Of a stretch of 64,000 bases of DNA, positions 47,901 through 56,881 are shown in pieces. Each line of letters starts with the position of its first letter. Within the stretch, counting starts at the first letter, position 1. Below the pieces are notes generated by a model, which was given only the letters and a program-made list of their open reading frames with translations, did no database searches and had not been told where the DNA came from. The translations under genes were made by a program, and so were the position numbers. Source of the DNA: a virus; IMG/VR virus record IMGVR_UViG_3300042474_001633, positions 1-64,000 of that record; one strand, written 5' to 3'.

Positions 47901-49877
47901 ATTTGATTGTCCTGGTTTTCTCGCCGGCAATCTTGTGTATCTTCCGGTTGCTCTGTCAACCGCCCCACCACCCATTCCACCACGGAGGGTTCCTCCCATT
48001 GCCGCGCCGGTAATGGCAGCCGCAGCACCCTGAAGAGATGCGCCGGCGGCAGTCAACGCGCTTGCCCCTGGCGCTATAGCAGCACTTGCTGCTGTCCCTG
48101 CTGCCTGTCCGGCGCTAGACATCGCTCCAGCTATCGAGCCGAGCTGGCCTTGATTGGCGGCCCCACCTCCACCAACATTCGTTCCCATTGTTGAGAATTT
48201 ATGGCCAGAGTAGATTGCTTGCTTCGAAGAAAGACCCACGTTGCCAAATTCATCACCCATGCCCCTGCTGCGCTGAAACCTTGCTGCACGACGTCCTTTA
48301 AATGCAAACATTCCCAGTAGCGCAACAATTGCCGAAGAGCCACCGCTTCCAGTCTTGCCGCTAAGCGTATTAATGATGGTTGCAAGAGTTGACATGAGCT
48401 TGCCGAGCGCAGCGACGACCGGGTTTATTATCGGTAGCGCTCTGGCGAACACCTCTCGAAGTGCTCGCATAATTTCGAAAAATCCGACAACTACGCTCTT
48501 CATTGAGTCACCAAATGCAAGGAATAACGGTTCATATTTAACCGCTTGTGCAGCAAGCGCTTGTACGCCAAGCCCAATTTGCTTAAATATTTCAACAATC
48601 GGTTTTCCGAAAGTCTTAATCACTATGGAGCCACCCTCGCGCAGGGGGTCCAAGGCGTCACGAACTTCTCTAAAATAAATTGCAAAGCCCTTAAAAAAAT
48701 CGGTTGTTCTTCTCCAAAAACCCTCTGTCGCAGGAAGAAATTTTCTAAACAAAACGACAGTAAAATCTTCTAGTTTCTCTGTGAACTTCACCAACGAGGA
48801 CAAAAACGGACCCTGTCCAAATGTGACGAGGTCCCCAGAAATTCTTCTAAATGTTCGTTCTAGGCCGAAGTAAATGTCAGACATTGCCTTCTTGATTGGC
48901 TCGAGTACACGAACACCAACATCAGACATTTCTACCAACGCCGAACTCAGATAAGTTCTGAATTGACCAACCAAGGTCCGAGCCATAGTCCCAGATTGCC
49001 CAGAGACTCCAGCGTCTAGGGCTAGCTTCCCGCTTTGAAGGTCTTCCAAGAACTTTCTGTAGTCCTTGTAATTTCCTTTTTTAAATGCTTTTTCAAACTC
49101 CGGACTAATTGCTTTTACTGCTTGAAGAGCTTCGGCAGTAAACTTCTTTTCTTTTTGCAATATTCCCACCAAAGAACCAGCCGCCTGTAGAGCATTTTGG
49201 GGGTCGCCGCTTGATTGCACAAAGTCAGCCATGGCTTTTAGGGCCGCCTTAGAGGCCGGAGTGAAAGCGGAATGCTTATTCACAGCAGCAAAAGCACCAG
49301 CAAGTGCTTGCACACCCATTGAGGCCAACGTGGCATCCTTGTATAAACTTCTTAGCCCAGAGCCAGACTGGTCAAGAGCGGAGCCGAGCTCTTTTGAATC
49401 TTTGTATCTAAATGCATACTGGGCTGCTTGGAATTCCTTAAACGCTGCAGCTGCACCAATCGCCGCAACTCCAACCGCAGCAACGGTCCCAGCCAGGGCT
49501 TGCATTAAATAGTTATATGCCTGCGCAACAATTTTCCCAACAGCAAAAGCAGCGTTAACGCTTGCCAACGCAAGGGCTGAAATACCGAATTCAATTCCCA
49601 AGGCTATGACGCTAAACATGAGTAGGCGGGCCATTTTCAAAAATTTGGCACCAATTTTTTCGACGAGATTCAGCTGCTTGGAAAACTTTGTGACGCCTTT
49701 GCTTGTGGTCGTCATCTGCAGGTTCAGCCTGCCCATAGCACCAGTAAGTCGATTGGTTCTGTTCTCTAAGCGTTTTGATGCAGCATCGAGGGCCGTAAGT
49801 TTTGCCGCGGTAGTAAGTAGCTTATTATCACCTTTGACGTCAACGTCAACATTTAAATTTACGATTTCGTCAGCCAT
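44931..49877 (-). CDS. Tape measure protein with C-terminal peptidase M15-like domain
   Basis: 1648 aa, Ala/Gly-rich helical, after the chaperone; C-terminal SDHATGHAYD...HLHV. Confidence 0.85.
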   Translation of the reverse strand: MADEIVNLNVDVDVKGDNKLLTTAAKLTALDAASKRLENRTNRLTGAMGRLNLQMTTTSKGVTKFSKQLNLVEKIGAKFLKMARLLMFSVIALGIEFGISALALASVNAAFAVGKIVAQAYNYLMQALAGTVAAVGVAAIGAAAAFKEFQAAQYAFRYKDSKELGSALDQSGSGLRSLYKDATLASMGVQALAGAFAAVNKHSAFTPASKAALKAMADFVQSSGDPQNALQAAGSLVGILQKEKKFTAEALQAVKAISPEFEKAFKKGNYKDYRKFLEDLQSGKLALDAGVSGQSGTMARTLVGQFRTYLSSALVEMSDVGVRVLEPIKKAMSDIYFGLERTFRRISGDLVTFGQGPFLSSLVKFTEKLEDFTVVLFRKFLPATEGFWRRTTDFFKGFAIYFREVRDALDPLREGGSIVIKTFGKPIVEIFKQIGLGVQALAAQAVKYEPLFLAFGDSMKSVVVGFFEIMRALREVFARALPIINPVVAALGKLMSTLATIINTLSGKTGSGGSSAIVALLGMFAFKGRRAARFQRSRGMGDEFGNVGLSSKQAIYSGHKFSTMGTNVGGGGAANQGQLGSIAGAMSSAGQAAGTAASAAIAPGASALTAAGASLQGAAAAITGAAMGGTLRGGMGGGAVDRATGRYTRLPARKPGQSNADYQRDVNAFVTRNRGVTDLPLEQRGYKAPSLGMNRSAKDLLGRKDQDSTNIFGRRRGVTPDYENIGQRMMTREQYQASERMRRMKLRPNAPQGPHSNLMDNSAFRYRTDQSLQASGFFPGRPIRQGIRGRLAAIPSRIDALPGVVELEKKLLGRAKSYGSFLLNGTPTVSGAMGGMGGITGQQAAGTGTNNYNNTARRGGLRGFAGRTLLGQSYNEGGYRGFRDTIRNQSGMGQLGPGNGLLGRAYNSAKGGNFGQGYRNARLNFNEAKKAGQIPANAKFSRLQGMKAGAKYSLSGAGMIAGMGASALASRYGTEEAQGGMQMGASLMAINPMLGLAVGAGLTAFSSKTKKGGAIAGAVSGAAVGAMIAGPLGAAVGGVLGAGLGFLAAKRNQKKMAEGAMGKVGLAQISGIAAAAAKGGQAGSTTEARAVLAASRNMTRDFTKAETKEDRKKVLQPFIDAGVIGGNELSLALGDNAEDAQKALAKTSKNMDQALTPAFNQFDSIMNSLKQTTGMTSEEIYKLAMERNVDLYSTTLKLNDATKALGVGMTKTSKQFSDALRDVQIRAMDVFKRFSENKAMKDALQASGDNLTGGDTSTEAFLDYYTKYLDYSNYISPDSPLLNSIAQAQAFGTGANVGAGSAFGPGGPLSGVVMGDEAKGLIGQAQKQTASGSATEMTKQLLAMAGEAGFVFEDGEKAFSGAQTQINALITKAMGGDEAATAQIRDLEGMLSRGVAFQGKGQDAIASIIGSKLLGSGALGNNLFGTKLKPEMSGELDPYKDILTAEAALMREEFTNAVRQEFFESTDTPKWWNDAPSWWTNGFEVQLKNGVIDKLVPMGDTDTPKVLGKTMGKHGMFDGAVPGKRTVTSSLRNFALGSNNSDHATGHAYDLVGDNLGKYSSLVNASGGFAEFHGTGGARHLHVVPPVGPMGDTSTSILAKMTGSIPSGGSSGGDTFNITVNESSTPQVTARAVANEILQIQRNVKQRI

Positions 49878-49906
49878 GACCCTACCTAGGTAATAAATCT
49901 CATTCG

Positions 49907-50595
49907 CTAATACCCCTGAGACTTACGCTCAGCTGCCTCACGGTCTGCCTCAATAACTTTAGCACACGCAAGGCGTATTATCCATTCTTCGAATGAGCAA
50001 TCTAGAATTCTTATTGGGTCCGTCCCAAACACCTCCCCTAGTCGGGCGGCTGTAACTATTCGACTATCGTCGGTTAATTCGTTGAGGACGGATTCGTAGG
50101 GTTTTCTTGCTGTTCAACCGTATCACCGAAGCCCGCTGCATCAATAATTGTTAACGCTGCTGCCTCTACGTGTGGGTCAAGTCCAAAAAACTTCTGAACT
50201 GCATCCGGTAGTGCTCGCGCTGCACCGGTCATTTTAAGAATTGCCGGAGAAGCAAATCCAAGAGATTTCCCATTCTCTAGAACCTCTTCACTGTTGAAGT
50301 AAATTCCTCTTGTGGTGTGACCAATGACTTGACATGCAAATCTTGTTGCGTCAAGACCAGTCTTTGAATCAGAACCAGCATTCTTTTGCCATGCTTTAAC
50401 TTGCTGCTGCGTGATGTTTGGGCTGATGAGCAGAGTTACGCCTGGTCGCTCTGGGACATTGATGAATACATCAGGTCGCGAAACCTTCTTGCTAATCACG
50501 GCTGTGAGTTGCTCCAGAACGTTGTCTGAATCTTCACCAGACACGCCAGAATCTAAAGAGGAATTTGAGTCTTCTGAGTAAAATGAGTTTGTCAT
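49907..50595 (-). CDS. Tail assembly chaperone GT, -1 frameshift product
   Basis: A-AAC-CCT heptamer (50098-50104). The -1 frame is open for 64 sense codons (PYESVLNELTDD...KSQGY) to TAG at 49907. Confidence 0.7.
50074..50595 (-). CDS. Tail assembly chaperone (G-like)
   Basis: Between tube and tape measure; slippery heptamer near its end; leaderless TGcTAGTGT -10 lies 7 nt upstream. Confidence 0.75.
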   Translation of the reverse strand: MTNSFYSEDSNSSLDSGVSGEDSDNVLEQLTAVISKKVSRPDVFINVPERPGVTLLISPNITQQQVKAWQKNAGSDSKTGLDATRFACQVIGHTTRGIYFNSEEVLENGKSLGFASPAILKMTGAARALPDAVQKFFGLDPHVEAAALTIIDAAGFGDTVEQQENPTNPSSTN

Positions 50596-50652
50596 GTGGC
50601 AAACACTAGCACTAGCACTAGGCCAGTAGTGGATGTCAATTGGATATTTTGA

Positions 50653-51102
50653 TTATGCCTGAGCGGGAACACCGGAGATTGCAAACGTAAGAGCAATCGT
50701 CGCTGGTGCACCAGATGAGGCATCGCCTTCTGGCTCCGATAGACCAACAAGCAAGGCACCTGCATAAACACGCTCCGACTGAAGATTCTTCAGGTCGCAG
50801 TCAGTGTCGTAAATCTTGATGTCATAGTAAGCACGACCAACAACAGGACGAACCTGGTTGATTAGGACACGCATGTCGGCATCATAATGCTTGGTTAGCG
50901 TGACGTCGCCTACTTCTGATGGGGCGCAAAGAACTTCCGGGAAAGCCTGCCCACCGATGTAAATTTTTTCTACAGCGGCTGTGATTTCTCCACCGGACAC
51001 CTGAGCGAAATACCCAGAAAGGGTCGGCCCAGTAACCGCGCCGCTAACTGGCGTGATTTCTGCGATGATTTGTCGCTGTGCCAATTTTGTGGAAATTGCC
51101 AT
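50653..51102 (-). CDS. Tail tube protein (T4 gp19-like)
   Basis: F.QVSGGE...GG...GDVTLTK; follows the sheath; GGAGG SD. Confidence 0.8.
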   Translation of the reverse strand: MAISTKLAQRQIIAEITPVSGAVTGPTLSGYFAQVSGGEITAAVEKIYIGGQAFPEVLCAPSEVGDVTLTKHYDADMRVLINQVRPVVGRAYYDIKIYDTDCDLKNLQSERVYAGALLVGLSEPEGDASSGAPATIALTFAISGVPAQA

Positions 51103-51130
51103 AATTCCTCCGTGTCTTTACTTTATTTTC

Positions 51131-52588
51131 TTAGACCAATGTTGAAGTCAGGTTTGACTTTGTAATCTCGACCTCAATCGTGTCACCGATTGAAGAAACT
51201 CGAGCGCCAACCTTGGCCTTGATTACGCCAGTTGCCAACTGAGTAAGCGGGTTGTTTGCATTGTTCACCTGAACTGTGTAGCCAGGGTCAAGCTGCTTAC
51301 CGTTTGCATCAAACGCCTCGTACAGACCGCCAGCCAAACGGATTCTTTCCATGATGGCTGTCAGTGTTGCGCGAACTCGTGAGAATGTCGACTGTCTTCC
51401 GTCGATTGGCAAGAAGAGGAGAGCCTCAAGTGCGCTCTCTGCCTCATAGACAATCTGATTCAGAACCTCGCGAGAGATGATGAATCTAAAGTTTGCTGTG
51501 TCGTCAGAGGCGGAACGAGCTCCGTAGATTCTCGCACTGCCATTGATGATTTTAATCGCGTTGATAAAGTTCTCATCAAGGTTGTCTGAATCTGTCTTTG
51601 AGAGCGATGTCTCAAGGCCAGTCACAAATGTAGCTTCTGTTCTTTCACCTGCATAAGGGTTCCACGGACCGTAAAGATTATGTACGCGTGCTCTCTTGGC
51701 AGCAACATAACCTTCTGGTGGAACCATCATTGTGAGTGTTCCGTTTGGAATCTTTACCCATGGGTAGAAAAACGCACCATATGGCGCATTATCGTCGCCA
51801 GTGTGATTTGCAGCCTCGGAGATTGCTGTAGCAACAGACGTGCCCTCATCGAATGATGTCAAAGCGATTCTGTTATTGGAAGCTGCGTGAGCAAATACCA
51901 AATCTCTCATTGCCTCTGCGTAGAAGCCCGGAGCAGCAACTGCACCTGGTCCAAGATTGTTGGTGAATGTGTCCAACGCATCTTCTAGGTCTGCTGCAAC
52001 TAACGAGCTTCCATTTGTGCCACCAGTAAAGTTTGTTGCGGCAACAACAGCAGGAATATTCGTTGATGCACCAGTCGTGGCCGTTAAGTACAGGGCAGCT
52101 GTTGCGCTGTTATTGATTTCATTAACAGCATTTGCTGGGCTTGTGTGATTTTCTGTCGTGTAAACCAGGGTTCCGTTAACGCGAACTTTAATTCTGAAAT
52201 TCACGCTCGCAGTTGGTTGCTCAACCTGAGCAGTCAATCCACCGCTGTTAGCCCAAGTGCCAGTTCCGGAGGCAAGAAGGTTTATGCATGTTGCAGCAGA
52301 GGAATCGGCAAGAGCAAGGCTTGCCTCATTGGCCGATTCATCAACGACGCGCGAAACATAAGCACGTGCGCCGCCTTCTTCGAAAAATGTTTCAATCGTC
52401 TGGTGTGTGTAACCGGATGATGTGTACCCGCCAAAAATATCTTCGAAATCCGAAAGGCTGGTAACGAGGTGCGAGGTGCCATCTGGCCCCCTCTCCGTTA
52501 CTCCAGCAACAAACAACGTCGCTGTTGGCGCGGTTTGCGTATTGGTTGGACCAGTGCGGACCGCCGTTGTAACAACTATACCTGGCAT
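51131..52588 (-). CDS. Contractile tail sheath protein
   Basis: MPGI.V, F.AGVTERGP, FFEEGG.RAYVSRV, FYPWV, PP.GYVA and IYGARS motifs. Confidence 0.93.
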   Translation of the reverse strand: MPGIVVTTAVRTGPTNTQTAPTATLFVAGVTERGPDGTSHLVTSLSDFEDIFGGYTSSGYTHQTIETFFEEGGARAYVSRVVDESANEASLALADSSAATCINLLASGTGTWANSGGLTAQVEQPTASVNFRIKVRVNGTLVYTTENHTSPANAVNEINNSATAALYLTATTGASTNIPAVVAATNFTGGTNGSSLVAADLEDALDTFTNNLGPGAVAAPGFYAEAMRDLVFAHAASNNRIALTSFDEGTSVATAISEAANHTGDDNAPYGAFFYPWVKIPNGTLTMMVPPEGYVAAKRARVHNLYGPWNPYAGERTEATFVTGLETSLSKTDSDNLDENFINAIKIINGSARIYGARSASDDTANFRFIISREVLNQIVYEAESALEALLFLPIDGRQSTFSRVRATLTAIMERIRLAGGLYEAFDANGKQLDPGYTVQVNNANNPLTQLATGVIKAKVGARVSSIGDTIEVEITKSNLTSTLV

Positions 52589-52654
52589 TTTTCCTCCGTC
52601 CCATTTCTTTCAGGAACTATTTCGTATGAGACTACTGAAATTATAGGTGGTTAC

Positions 52655-53017
52655 TCAAGGTGTTTGGCGTACGTTTTTGTCTGGACCCTCAAAAAGATGA
52701 CTTAAGTTTTCAAGTACGTGGTCTTGGTGCGCTTCTATTTCTTTTTTGACTTTTTTGCGAGATTTTGGTTTCTCGACATGTTTTACTGCTTTTGCAGCTG
52801 GGGTTTCAACCAGGAGAACCAAACCTTTGTCAATTAAAATTAATACTTTTTCGTTGTCGGCTTTCACCAAAGCAGACGCCCGGCTTAGCAAATAGGCGTC
52901 GTTGGTTACTTTGAGCATTTTTGGGGAAAGGTTTTGAATTTGCATAAATCCTGCATATTCAACAGGTATTTCGTTTATTTTTTCCCCAAGACCAACAAAG
53001 TCGATTTCACCACTCAT
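52655..53017 (-). CDS. Hypothetical protein
   Basis: 120-aa ORF in the operon upstream of the sheath. Confidence 0.55.
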   Translation of the reverse strand: MSGEIDFVGLGEKINEIPVEYAGFMQIQNLSPKMLKVTNDAYLLSRASALVKADNEKVLILIDKGLVLLVETPAAKAVKHVEKPKSRKKVKKEIEAHQDHVLENLSHLFEGPDKNVRQTP

Positions 53018-53021
53018 GATT

Positions 53022-53657
53022 TTACTCGCCTATTGAAATGCTTGCCGCGTTTGTAAAATTAGAAATAAGTGCAGTTAGTGGGTTTTGACCAACAGTTAAG
53101 CCGAATTCAATAACCTCATCAGCAATATTGTCGCGAGCTATAACTTCGTCAATAGATAAGTCATACCCTATGTAGGCTCCAGCAAGAACTCGGTCGCCCT
53201 TCAACATCGTAAGGTCGGAGAACTCTTCAACCACGGTAGTTTCCTCTATGCGAGCCTCCCTCTCTGCGCCCTCCCGCTGCAGACATGGGTAATCCAAAAG
53301 AGCAGAGCGGACGACGGTGGTGAGTCTGTCTCGCATCTCGGTGGTTTCTTTTGAGCCATCGGTTCTTACCCAAATATATGTTCTCATTGAGTAATTCACT
53401 TTATATACCGGGTCAGCCCCTATACCATACCCGACGCGATTAAACGAGCGCGTAGATATGGCAACAGTAATTATCGTTGGCCAAGAGTCGAGAGCAACTG
53501 GCTCATATGTTAGATACTCTGCCGGGTCTGGAAGTTCATCCTCGGATAGATTCCAACCATTTCTATATCTAATTAATCTGCGCGGAATGTCGTCGGTTAA
53601 ATAGTCGTTTACGAATGACTTTGCAAATTGAGCTCCGTACATTAATTCTGCTGGCAT
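53022..53657 (-). CDS. Tail terminator / completion protein
   Basis: Position between neck and sheath genes; P..WPTI...Y...TYIWVR. Confidence 0.55.
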   Translation of the reverse strand: MPAELMYGAQFAKSFVNDYLTDDIPRRLIRYRNGWNLSEDELPDPAEYLTYEPVALDSWPTIITVAISTRSFNRVGYGIGADPVYKVNYSMRTYIWVRTDGSKETTEMRDRLTTVVRSALLDYPCLQREGAEREARIEETTVVEEFSDLTMLKGDRVLAGAYIGYDLSIDEVIARDNIADEVIEFGLTVGQNPLTALISNFTNAASISIGE

Positions 53658-54118
53658 CAGAACACCTCGCCGTTTGCAATGTATGAAACAGTATCGCCGC
53701 CGAGCTTTTTGGCAAACAGCGGTGGCTCAAATACAATTTTTCTTTTTGGCATTTTTGTAGTTCCATACTGATGAAACTTTGCATATTCCACAGACGTTCC
53801 AGTAGAAAAAGATGTATTCGTCATTGTGTCAATCGAGCCGTTGGCACCAGAAAGAGATGCGAATAATTTTCCAGTCCTTATCATCGGTGGCATACCGGGG
53901 AATCGAGTCATCTTCCACGATGCATATTGAGCATCAAGCGGTCTCCACCCGCCAACCAGGAGACCATTACTTGTAAAGTTTGCAGCATTTGCCATACGCA
54001 CTTCTTGTTTTGCTTTTATCAACACCGGAGTGAGCACTTGAGCGCGAGAATACATGGCCCCAAGCCTGGCAATGGCGGACCCCATTCCCCTGGTACTTAC
54101 GCCTATTTCAATGTCCAT
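53657..54118 (-). CDS. Virion morphogenesis (tail completion, P2 gpS / Mu gpG-like) protein
   Basis: W.PL...RTG.L..SL...GT.VEYA.FHQYGT.KMPKR. Start at 54118 via TAATG overlap. Confidence 0.8.
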   Translation of the reverse strand: MDIEIGVSTRGMGSAIARLGAMYSRAQVLTPVLIKAKQEVRMANAANFTSNGLLVGGWRPLDAQYASWKMTRFPGMPPMIRTGKLFASLSGANGSIDTMTNTSFSTGTSVEYAKFHQYGTTKMPKRKIVFEPPLFAKKLGGDTVSYIANGEVF

Positions 54119-54972
54119 TAAATGCGTCGCCTTCTCCACCTACGTAGAGCAAGAAGTTCTCTCTCTGAAAAACCAGTTTCAAGAGGGGCAACATTTCTTG
54201 TCGTTAAGTCTTTAACTCCAACAACGTCATCGTGCATATTTTGCATTTCTCTTGTGGCAGCACGAAGAATAAATAGTTTAAACATCTGAATCGCTTCACC
54301 ATCAAGGCCGCCGGTGTAGACAATTTCAACAACGTCGTTAGGAAAACCTCTGTACAACTCAATTCCGTATCTATGAACTGTGTAGTCGTTTCCGGTTGCA
54401 GTTACGGTTCCGCCAGATACATAAGCGGACAACCCGCTCTGATAACCGCCAACAGAAAAAGTTGTACTTGTTACTGCGGTAATTTCAAATGAAGATTTAT
54501 TGTATGAGTTTGGAGTTACTCCTGTAACAACAACTCTCTGACCCTTCGTGAAAGTATTTGCAGCGCTAAATGTGACCACCGTTCCAGACTGTGATGCACC
54601 GGTTATTGTCGCTGTACGCATCTTTGCTTCGGCCATGAATATTGGCACTTGTGAAAGATTTCCAATCGAAACACTTTTTACGGTTACGACAGGTGTGTTT
54701 CTTAAGCTAAGAACAATCGAAGGCTGAATATAGTTCAATCCACTATCCGTAGTGTCCAGCGATTGGTCGTAGAAAAAAGAAGTGGCTGGAACTCCTTGAA
54801 AATAACTTGGTATTACATGTTGCTCCGTATGCTCGGCAACTTCTACCGGCCTACGCAAAAAAGCCTCAAGCTCACTCTGGAGACCATTCAGCACAAATTC
54901 AGCAGCATCAAGTTGCCGCAAACTGAACTTAACGTCCATATAGATTGCTAAATCAGAAGCCGTAACAAGCAT
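54118..54972 (-). CDS. Head-tail connector with inserted beta-barrel domain
   Basis: LVT..DL..Y...LE.FL.R N-terminus and V.IVYTGG...L..WRR C-terminus, with a Thr-rich insert. Confidence 0.65.
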   Translation of the reverse strand: MLVTASDLAIYMDVKFSLRQLDAAEFVLNGLQSELEAFLRRPVEVAEHTEQHVIPSYFQGVPATSFFYDQSLDTTDSGLNYIQPSIVLSLRNTPVVTVKSVSIGNLSQVPIFMAEAKMRTATITGASQSGTVVTFSAANTFTKGQRVVVTGVTPNSYNKSSFEITAVTSTTFSVGGYQSGLSAYVSGGTVTATGNDYTVHRYGIELYRGFPNDVVEIVYTGGLDGEAIQMFKLFILRAATREMQNMHDDVVGVKDLTTRNVAPLETGFSERELLALRRWRRRRI

Positions 54973-54979
54973 TAAGACC

Positions 54980-55195
54980 TCACGTAGCTCTTGCCAGATT
55001 CAGCCTTCGTCTTTCCCTCAAAAGCGCTCGACCGGTGCCGGACTGCGTTGTTCTTTGACCAGACACGGCGTCAGCAAGACGATTCAAGCCGTAGGCTGTG
55101 GCCCGACGCCACCATGCAGGACGATTACCTCCGGTTATCGGATTTCTTCTTGTCAATGCACCGATTTCTCTATCTCTGACGGTGTTCTGTTCCAT
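54980..55195 (-). CDS. Small Arg-rich basic protein
   Basis: 71 aa; GAGG SD and TAAACT -10 upstream. Confidence 0.55.
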   Translation of the reverse strand: MEQNTVRDREIGALTRRNPITGGNRPAWWRRATAYGLNRLADAVSGQRTTQSGTGRALLRERRRLNLARAT

Positions 55196-55247
55196 GGCTA
55201 CCTCTTCAGCGTTTGACTAAAGTTTACACCATTGGATTCTAGGTGTG

Positions 55248-55802
55248 TCAACGGTCCTGATTTGGTGGCTTCTCTAACACGATTTTGTCAGATGATTTTG
55301 CAGGTGCTTCGATTGGAACCCACGCACTCGAGTAGACGTGCTCTTTAACCTTGCGCATTTTAACCAGTGAACCGTCGAGCATCATGTCGGATTCCTGAAC
55401 GGTCATATTGAAAATCTCGTCTAGTTCATCCATCGAATAAACTCTACTTTGATGTATCTTCTTGACAATGTCGGACATCCGTTTTGCAACAACCGAACCG
55501 CGACCTCGATTTATTTGGACGTGAAGAATCATCGCGTCCAAATCTGATACGTCCAATTCGACGCAGGTGATTGATTTTGAGTACCGCTTGGCTAGCGCCT
55601 TGGATTGAGATATTGCAATCACTCTTTGATGGCCATCAATTATCACGTTTGATTTTTTCTGCACAATGATTGGGCTTAAAAGTCCGTATTTTTCGATTGA
55701 AGAAATAAGCACTTTAAGGTCAGGCTTGAGAATATAATTTGCCCTCCATGTAGCCGGCTTCAGCAAAGAAGGATTAATTAAAGATGTTTCTGTGTTATTC
55801 AC
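55248..55802 (-). CDS. ParB N-terminal domain protein (IbrB-like)
   Basis: L..SI..YGLL.PIIV...IIDGHQR...INR.RG. Confidence 0.8.
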   Translation of the reverse strand: MNNTETSLINPSLLKPATWRANYILKPDLKVLISSIEKYGLLSPIIVQKKSNVIIDGHQRVIAISQSKALAKRYSKSITCVELDVSDLDAMILHVQINRGRGSVVAKRMSDIVKKIHQSRVYSMDELDEIFNMTVQESDMMLDGSLVKMRKVKEHVYSSAWVPIEAPAKSSDKIVLEKPPNQDR

Positions 55803-55804
55803 TT

Positions 55805-56155
55805 CTAAACCTGGGCGCGGACATTGGCGTTGAGGGTTCGCAAGGCATCAATACTCGTCCTGAGTGAAAGAAGTTTTTCTCGCTTTGCCCTAACTAGTGC
55901 TTCCGCGATTTCGTAATCCTCTTTCATTTGTTCCATCTTGTAATGAGACCATTGCTCTCTGTCGGTGATTGTTCTGTGCCCCTTGCCAGCAGCTCCTAGA
56001 TATTCTTTTGCCCATTCCGCCTTGTACCTGGCGTCTTTTTTTGCAGCGTCCACGGCGAGTATTTCAAAGTTTTCAGTTTCTTTTTCGAGCAGGTCGAGCA
56101 GTCTCATCATTTCTCGTTCAATGTCCACCTGGCTGATTGGTTGACTTCTATTCAT
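55805..56155 (-). CDS. Hypothetical coiled-coil protein
   Basis: 116-aa helical ORF overlapping the end of the RuvC-like gene. Confidence 0.65.
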   Translation of the reverse strand: MNRSQPISQVDIEREMMRLLDLLEKETENFEILAVDAAKKDARYKAEWAKEYLGAAGKGHRTITDREQWSHYKMEQMKEDYEIAEALVRAKREKLLSLRTSIDALRTLNANVRAQV

Positions 56156-56678
56156 TTTCTATCCCTTCGAGTGGGGACCAGTCTATCTTCTCTAGCGCCG
56201 AGAGAGAAATGTTTGACCACTTATATTTTGCATTTCCAATTTTTGCCAAAACCATTTCTTCAAGAACCCACGCATCGCACATATCATCAGCATGCCCCCC
56301 TTTCCAAACTATTCCCGTAATAGCTGATATTGCAGATATGACTTCTGACTTGCCAGCGTTCCCTTTGCCTGTGGCAAATTTTGCTCGACAAGTAGGAGGC
56401 ACGATTATGTATGGAATATCAAGATTTAGCAAGGCAACCCTGACAACACCGCCAAGCTCCCCAATTGAGTGAGCCTGAGAATTTCTTGATGCAAAAGAAT
56501 AACCCTCTATGGCTACCAATTGTATTTTGTTGGAAACCGCAATATTGCCAATTTCGCTGGCTATTTTCCTCAATCTTTCAGCTCCAGATAAATCAAAAGA
56601 AAGATAACCAGCTTCTCCAGCATGGCAATACCCAGTGGATGTAAGTGATAGGTCGAGACCTAGGATGTTCATGGGCAC
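56148..56678 (-). CDS. RuvC-like Holliday junction resolvase
   Basis: ILGLDLSLTSTG, VAIEGY, ELGGV, KFATGKGNA.K and DD..DA RNase H-fold acidic residues. Confidence 0.88.
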   Translation of the reverse strand: MPMNILGLDLSLTSTGYCHAGEAGYLSFDLSGAERLRKIASEIGNIAVSNKIQLVAIEGYSFASRNSQAHSIGELGGVVRVALLNLDIPYIIVPPTCRAKFATGKGNAGKSEVISAISAITGIVWKGGHADDMCDAWVLEEMVLAKIGNAKYKWSNISLSALEKIDWSPLEGIENE

Positions 56679-56693
56679 GCAAAACTCTACCCC

Positions 56694-56728
56694 ACAAACA
56701 AAGACCCGCCGGGTGTAATCCCGACGGG
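56694..56728 (-). terminator. Intrinsic terminator closing candidate sRNA B
   Basis: CCCGUCGGG-AUUACA-CCCGGCGGG (9 bp, one G.U that forms only on the minus strand) followed by UCUUUGUUUG. Confidence 0.7.
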
Positions 56729-56822
56729 AATTAACACAGACAGACGTCCATGTCTACTTTGCGTAGTTATTCACCACTAGACCTTGGACCACCTGCCTTT
56801 CTTTTCTCAGAAACGGCTGTAA
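56695..56822 (-). ncRNA. Candidate sRNA B with 16S rRNA 3'-end (anti-SD) complement
   Basis: Extended -10 TGgTACTCT (56829-56837); AGAAAGGCAGGUGGUCCAA at 56784-56802; internal hairpins; terminator; no ORF longer than a few codons behind the SD-like tract. Confidence 0.55.
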
Positions 56823-56881
56823 GACCTTAGAGTACCATTACAAAATTATTAGCTCAGGTAAAGAGATGTTGGCGCGCACAT

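Noticed and set aside
50603-50639. Phase-variable promoter: (CTAGTG)x3 between a perfect TTGACA and the -10
   Set aside because: The spacer is 25 nt and unit loss gives 19 or 13, none optimal. Three copies are too few for frequent slippage, and the extended -10 suffices.
56760-56790. tRNA-like D-arm (GGTCTAGTGGT on the minus strand)
   Set aside because: No T-arm GTTC motif or acceptor stem can be built. No tRNA was recognised anywhere in the window.
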